Origin: a virus
Length of the DNA: 64,000 bases
Direction: 5' to 3' (one strand)
Virus record (IMG/VR): IMGVR_UViG_3300042384_001374
Span: 1 to 64,000 of that record
Of this stretch, positions 62,601-64,000 are shown one piece after another. The notes under the pieces are model-generated. The model saw only the letters and a list, made by a program, of their open reading frames with translations, did not search any database and was not told where the DNA came from. Every line of letters starts with the position of its first letter. Position 1 is the stretch's first letter. Both the position numbers and the translations under genes were made by a program.

Positions 62601-64000
62601 AGGAAGCGTCGACTCGTCAAGAATCGCTACGTTGTCTTTCGCCACCAACGGCAATTCATTGGAACTTGAATCAAACTCGGCATCTTCAAATTCATCCTTC
62701 GATTCAAAGACTGGAGCTTCATAAGAAACTTCCAAACTCGCCACCATTGGAGACAGCTCGGCCACCGAAGCGATTTCCTGATTGGTCGAGTTCGGAGCGA
62801 TAGAGATTCCGGCAATGGCAATGGCCATCATCTTGGCCGAAGTCCAAATCTTATCTCCAAAACGAGAAAGCTCTTTTGAAAATCCGCGAAGCCAAACAAG
62901 GAACTTGTCTTTGCTGCCAAACTTCAAAGCCTCCACCACGGCTGTATCAACCAACGTCGGAGCAGCTTTCCTGATTTCCTCCAAAGGAGCCTCATCAGGA
63001 AGTGTTTCAAGGCTCTCTGATTCTTTTTTAGTTTCAGCGATTTCCTTCAAATCCTTTTCGGAAACAGGCTCTTCAGCTTTTACTTCCGCTTTCGGTTCAA
63101 CCGGAGCAGTTGTTGCAGCCGGAACCTGAGGTAATGATTCTCTAAACCGTTGTAAAGCAGTAGCTAGTTTAGTGGCGCTCAAATTGTCCCTCATCGTTTT
63201 CACACGAATGTCGATGTCGGAGGCAATCAACTCCGAGTCGTCGTCATGCTTTTCCTGAAGCTCGCGCAGCAAACGCGGCTCCACCGTCACCTTGCCATCA
63301 CGCCCGACCCACAACCCGGTTTCTTTGATGCCGTCCATTTCGGCTTGGTGGCTGGATACGGTAAATCCTCCCGACGAAATGGTTTTGACCTTTGGCTTGG
63401 GCGCGACCGTCGCCTTATTGGTCGAATCAATCCGAACGGCATTGGCGGTGGCTTCTTCGTCTTTGGTAAGTGTGTCGGTAGACGATACTTCTGGTTTAGC
63501 CGTGGCTAAAGCCGGGTCAGATCCCGCAGGTTTTGCTCCACCACTTCCGGTGGGAGCAGATTCCACCCCTTTGCCTGCATCCGTTCCCGCATTGCTCGGG
63601 CTTTTTGCCACAGGCGTTTCCGCTGTACTGGTGTTGTTTTCATTAGATGGTGATGATCGAAGAAGAGAGGCTATCATTTCCGAGGCATCAACGCGACTCT
63701 TCTCGTCGCTCATTGATTCAGTGATACGTCCAAGTCTGGAAACTTGACTCTTCATTCGAGATAGCTCCGCTCCTTTTTGAGAATCATCCAAGCTCGCCAT
63801 TTTCTTGTAAGCCGTCGCAACCAACTTTTTAAGTTCAGGAGACGCTTCTTTCCATTCTTGAGCCCATGCTTTTTCCGCTGACTCTTGGCCTCCTCTAGCC
63901 AAAATGTCTTGGTGATGAAACACCTCTTCATCAATAACTATGTCAAGAACGGCCTCCCACGTATCTTTGAACTTTTTCTTGATCCGTGAAAGAAATCCGG
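50700..64000 (-). CDS. Giant (>4430 aa) virion/ejection polyvalent-type protein with a TIGR02594/CHAP-like peptidoglycan hydrolase domain; partial at the 5' end
   Basis: The frame is open from the window end (GFLSRIKKKFKDTWEAVLDIVIDEEVFHHQD...). PWCTAFTSWSL..SARAF..GDVAVL..GHTGFV..LLSGN..V lies at about 62010-62370. Two EExxH zincin-like motifs are present. Confidence 0.8.
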   Translation of the reverse strand, partial: GFLSRIKKKFKDTWEAVLDIVIDEEVFHHQDILARGGQESAEKAWAQEWKEASPELKKLVATAYKKMASLDDSQKGAELSRMKSQVSRLGRITESMSDEKSRVDASEMIASLLRSSPSNENNTSTAETPVAKSPSNAGTDAGKGVESAPTGSGGAKPAGSDPALATAKPEVSSTDTLTKDEEATANAVRIDSTNKATVAPKPKVKTISSGGFTVSSHQAEMDGIKETGLWVGRDGKVTVEPRLLRELQEKHDDDSELIASDIDIRVKTMRDNLSATKLATALQRFRESLPQVPAATTAPVEPKAEVKAEEPVSEKDLKEIAETKKESESLETLPDEAPLEEIRKAAPTLVDTAVVEALKFGSKDKFLVWLRGFSKELSRFGDKIWTSAKMMAIAIAGISIAPNSTNQEIASVAELSPMVASLEVSYEAPVFESKDEFEDAEFDSSSNELPLVAKDNVAILDESTLPFPSIVSIDIPAPLVEVETKTTNVGPSLESTENFIASSNEFGPDDAIVLPGKISKWWLRQGSDPSVNAGAALLNEKEKSSSRIKSMLVSLGVSQSPSTFPWCTAFTSWSLRQGGSSVKNFSARAFLNMGEKTTSPSYGDVAVLWNNNPATGGKNGWGGHTGFVLGETSTHVILLSGNSEDSVNVAAFPKTRVLGYRSFGMNGQLAQNRSQGKRRLPRRKRKNNSSIAKLDALKVSDEKFEGSAIDAVDPEGALIVASDTIEQSQTDEAGGKWERVNMQEQSEQERAKENAVQDGMGEKIVYTYKAPKGQTLSVKVGQTVLIQGEPDSILVLDSAKNGKWTFRKVSLSPEGLSLRTLNQGVRNIQWNKTRLTEAAKLIKPLLPGIANGSVTVSQVRSALSGVMDVVSPNFKNKVAELDLSKEGASFLRANLQTNRIEVDFSKLKEQLRQQYAGVNMSSDLAKNILAADVARVLAYWVDEETLHLLTKDVFEDAELEQLYKDIAKNPEHPFYKLLVETAAERYPGRSVDPKEKDKAKGLKFVKGADYAVAAELIRKLHQLRHSGSYTERAVRNESQWLQGSINMDADETGKIGKLVNTVAALVKRYSDRIKNILAMRWTIGQLPQSQQQMLFRLDQAYRQAGVQGDVNFAREDALERTLEMQREGTEAHLKWGNKITAEHFQAVTELRQIVDQFPNTKFESVFDIDGETLAMSLKPIIKDYLEKYVADFALDDSGTSAAMQRIDALLADINDEKSDLSADQTGFERAKTLVFLNRQVMEARMAAMDFDITPALELGGPDAGKTLSRIRQHIDNTVPKEQQAEDYRQLSVMHKQRVRAIEGKMAMLRLKQAGRDQTLINAMDPRTNIGRRSILATAKRFRLENPFDREGINPNDVTTIMKRLKARVLERSVNLEQHSSYMGRTAEPLISTSDDVMLPMVKVADQLQILETELADARRSASEAEAKSFSVQWDVPEVPLSSQRMSKFMQFKEALDTYNGSIQNLQRLAFGDVWTRPKEFGLGMRDLNREARTGRGEGLSFPTSISSPSALDNLSAPSIAPSSNKNDTFGVRFEDTGRYLGFRPKLHWYEEGKGMDPLTPDQVMDNQERAVIEIAGNSNAAYAGRMQWLQFFVDWVDGKIGDTKEADTYWHTGGFALPKDTNSEIGADRYRAANAFRTADVKMFNDLVFKASNEAQKLAKGKGDKNQPARKALIAHVSQMEAWAKETVALVSQPKEDIADGFAPLITELGGKQTLAGRVKGLIESQFNNKAFLRQIGGETETNGLIRLLDDLQMVLTKDHGVVAAELFDGMIVNVRARLDGANDAARLTNKALIEFRDQQWRDNVAFEGSRWQREASYTGDNAELERLRDAPIDARILSNLSWLMKFHEKQRDYVFGSNFAFELLEMINRSNRGEGVMPMIYNKTGNITDPNVFDDDKRTNRSETVQSMMESLDGDRVKTAAEVAIDQAAGPENQRRMALTGAALMIGSQSNGDTLDIDAGRAFLFDLWAMENDHKSRDEQRQLVRKGIRGTFPLAKSMSNPEAFYDEMEKELSNLTGQTPSVETVLVSLLELKQSFEATIVEEAKAGHKIGRALAVVKLAAGRVEEIVDTNGTINNPGVNPPKYSGGNVETDEEFIVNETVDEELLFSRLPKIPNAKNGYQWAYRGEGWQGKSSNTILSYVEGSGSKFWSLENGAGERFDSKHYLEQVKQGTPKKPVKRDVKKYRKVAKSSLQTNSMASPEESDAIARMLKGSMTSNDEVMVYDASMLVHGIDGIGNPILSQLIQTFPGETLVVSPKDSQVTRYGLDDVGFKIFPGTDGGPNVVYSPSSQKNPDKNATESFGGIAQSLKIASKNEAVRGQVAEMARIIRLSLDPAVFPESIAADPSGHLSDVAELGRTLRLDGDGGALINMFGDDQSTASDILIVAEVLTNPKAKELFDKVYIGVDGFADTLLAEPVELALQEGIRNILRANTGAQEHDQDHVDRATEESVTLDEEESDNYNWYDSTPDAPEIEALKEAKTFEELQEIMEGRRQSTKFDDDRKANRFGPDAPRINKRLAKELQGNGLNPSDAFLFNGLARIIEQGKAAGGVFPMAPSNERTTSDILSAPLDPTGQGISTDKLRIAVAGPALQGNVEKGLKAATKMYVGEMRNLTIPKVSGRTSQNIAFQKRNIDSTNSSLLLRAPAVRTLVGAAVVKKAISKFSKDADASGFGLVDVNLPLDDAMMESIRMALPAGVLDAAELEAKLSLDTLEKNQTRLNELREALLAEIGAYEADNGQAFQELLDNSPEGANLLATAKDWSESLKAETRDMVVAHVTRFAEMMKDDSGNAANLGHVVHLMLTEGMENNPQLKAAVDGLYKQANAIGALVRERNTLLTPDENNELPQGDTQGINSRISDAARLFNLHVSIFNSHAEMHARQVMRWTGVDPKKANLSGFRLKTFKETDDFTRQEQTDVMNSLSGMLNGRKFAQGFMDNMVREITQGVTAGAKPKMQTNAFMRMVSEELMKNETIDLPAFIDEEINKLLDSNEGFVSDPEQSIDEIFRAARNFENLSTQKQQVLIGVDLQRALQDIALTTNQARALLSSKARSVEQEQGRKEAAIYLGRVERELEQTRNELSVIDSNKGKVPVGMGYYSGRASQGQKNDQSGGLLTKAIDEKVTYKAQLTLTNPLPPVSDDVQAPASASSEPSGTMSRRDYWIRQKAVITALTEQSENRIEDAYKFVRGSRDQFMNFDPLKAINQAVDLVQLEEQIVKEVMQDAHSDAQEAQYKGMTADAAAYLSDPEEALTLTRTAQNRVKQINLPKSHQLRKEKLGVLINQEGEKVIMMPLNARELLMQHFPKITKRNVNREMERIILDALPVNQGVPAQGSYSYFLAGTEKEVGKDFDGADFSPAKQNLKKGEAAKAFSDDWRKGMQTWLDDAMSSVTGAKRTADLTGDVSKKQLDQFGYMIERLVIAHGDTRLSDSTKAKIKTLLKSIDSGEFAKVGGSSVKDMDVSRMLAFRVEPVFSLAFAEIEAIEIQKCLITDFVSFDGKKHALELGALKFLHHQDARIRSKFRRNFAARQAAIHLQDFIEYGIDGTSGRQGYETSKKAEEEKIVKAAKPIGNNAKDQTIGYLISVFRGIDTAFGMHRETATNRLVTDIGRGLNELENLNRAQGLYFGELVKGPDGKAVLDANKNPIPTGKVIPKLNRYWNADNLDMIRDLELAREVRGWMLESGISNTIISSPEIAKELTDKFIALLESKVTLGNEAAVEGYAQQLNRSFADISSAMQLTMAMLSQDAAVDKQPGELLKGERMVTGESWRDDAKEAFKITYSSVPLRVGYAARPDPAEQQVSSDRFIADPIDMVSLKDSSFFGGYGKGGYFNSRNPFRPISLNGLTAPLSLLDDAIYKLNVTPTYEVLRRSLGRVVQDEHGVNTIKDGDFLNKANEMIPDDIDWNDPAQRKAKQEAEDEIKKFRQALSAIAEENETILQNDAANGVSNTGGAEAMRFLGSLYIVRALASLQQVWNQTTGPSVGYAAGKIAVGKGKQAAQYFSILQKLITDRKFNEQAREFVRKTDRSVYYRSADGADVARDIMHSQVRFGKSTAKNLAGKGLREYEKLGEKALHWTIGKGESYLSTAMFIVELADQMKMEPADVVKSNVEPTAMAKSNARRKVNDVMAQSDQSKKSWMFQNRTSSPGRNALWRSMVRFSNHTSSMASNTSVLVPILFDEKADAETKKEALENVVTSLTQNILFYPFKLQMLVPMVSYLFFLAGGDDDDKAQKKAQKLANEWMFVDKKSSMLGEVIKTITFGNKRELFDQTKKADAAQASAFAEIASRSLLELTTAVPVLGVMAGYAPVSGLVQKTVTNPMAIAGAAGLNNTFNRKQLKAGFGSYDKNGVTIRSYKDSWHGSLADLTAPTAMAHDALEAGVLTSQYLMSREAQRNRAASLLDAATYLTFEAIPFAREPRAEKRAEMREVIRKENK

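Larger units (their letters stand above)
5887..63510. repeat. Dispersed 18-bp palindrome TTTTAGCC-NN-GGCTAAAA (variants ..GACTAAAA/..AACTAAAA), about 30 copies
   Basis: Starts at 5887, 7813, 9661, 12422, 15351, 16016, 17182, 18904, 20613, 22047, 23253, 24945, 26799, 27727, 31224, 32791, 34904, 36060, 37410, 38500, 40333, 41567, 43560, 45151, 46004, 50681, 53925, 55719, 59981 and 63495. Confidence 0.9.

Noticed and set aside
5887-63510. Palindromic repeat as a CRISPR array or REP/MITE
   Set aside because: Copies are kilobases apart, only 18 bp, and show no spacers or target duplications. The Cas4-like nuclease sits in a recombination module with ERF.

Overview
This window is 64 kb of a tailed dsDNA bacteriophage genome with podovirus-like organisation. 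The host is unknown; weak Shine-Dalgarno signals, DUF3127 and GAAC/GTTC-type attC cores loosely suggest a PVC-group host such as Verrucomicrobia (inference only). The minus strand at 1-15.7 kb carries the morphogenesis block: terminase large subunit with an intein, portal, scaffold-like protein, major capsid protein, and tail fibres with paralogous adaptor genes. The plus strand at ~18.6-50.6 kb carries early, replication and recombination genes (PD-(D/E)XK nuclease, ERF, DUF3127, RuvC-like, DUF932, DnaB-like helicase, MazG, GHKL ATPase), a tmRNA, and several tRNA-like or structured RNA candidates. The minus strand at 50.7-64 kb is one >4400-aa virion/ejection-type protein that runs off the window. 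Four observations stand out. (1) An integrase-less array of 7 attC-like sites delimits gene cassettes whose ORFs all run antisense to attC polarity and mostly start inside the attC; one cassette looks like an Acr-Aca-type operon. (2) The terminase intein has a complete HNH endonuclease gene encoded on the opposite strand inside it. (3) About 30 copies of an 18-bp palindrome TTTTAGCC-NN-GGCTAAAA are spaced across the genome, including inside CDSs. (4) Seven triloop-hairpin elements at gene junctions resemble N4-type virion RNAP promoters. All family assignments are from motif recognition by eye; no searches were run.
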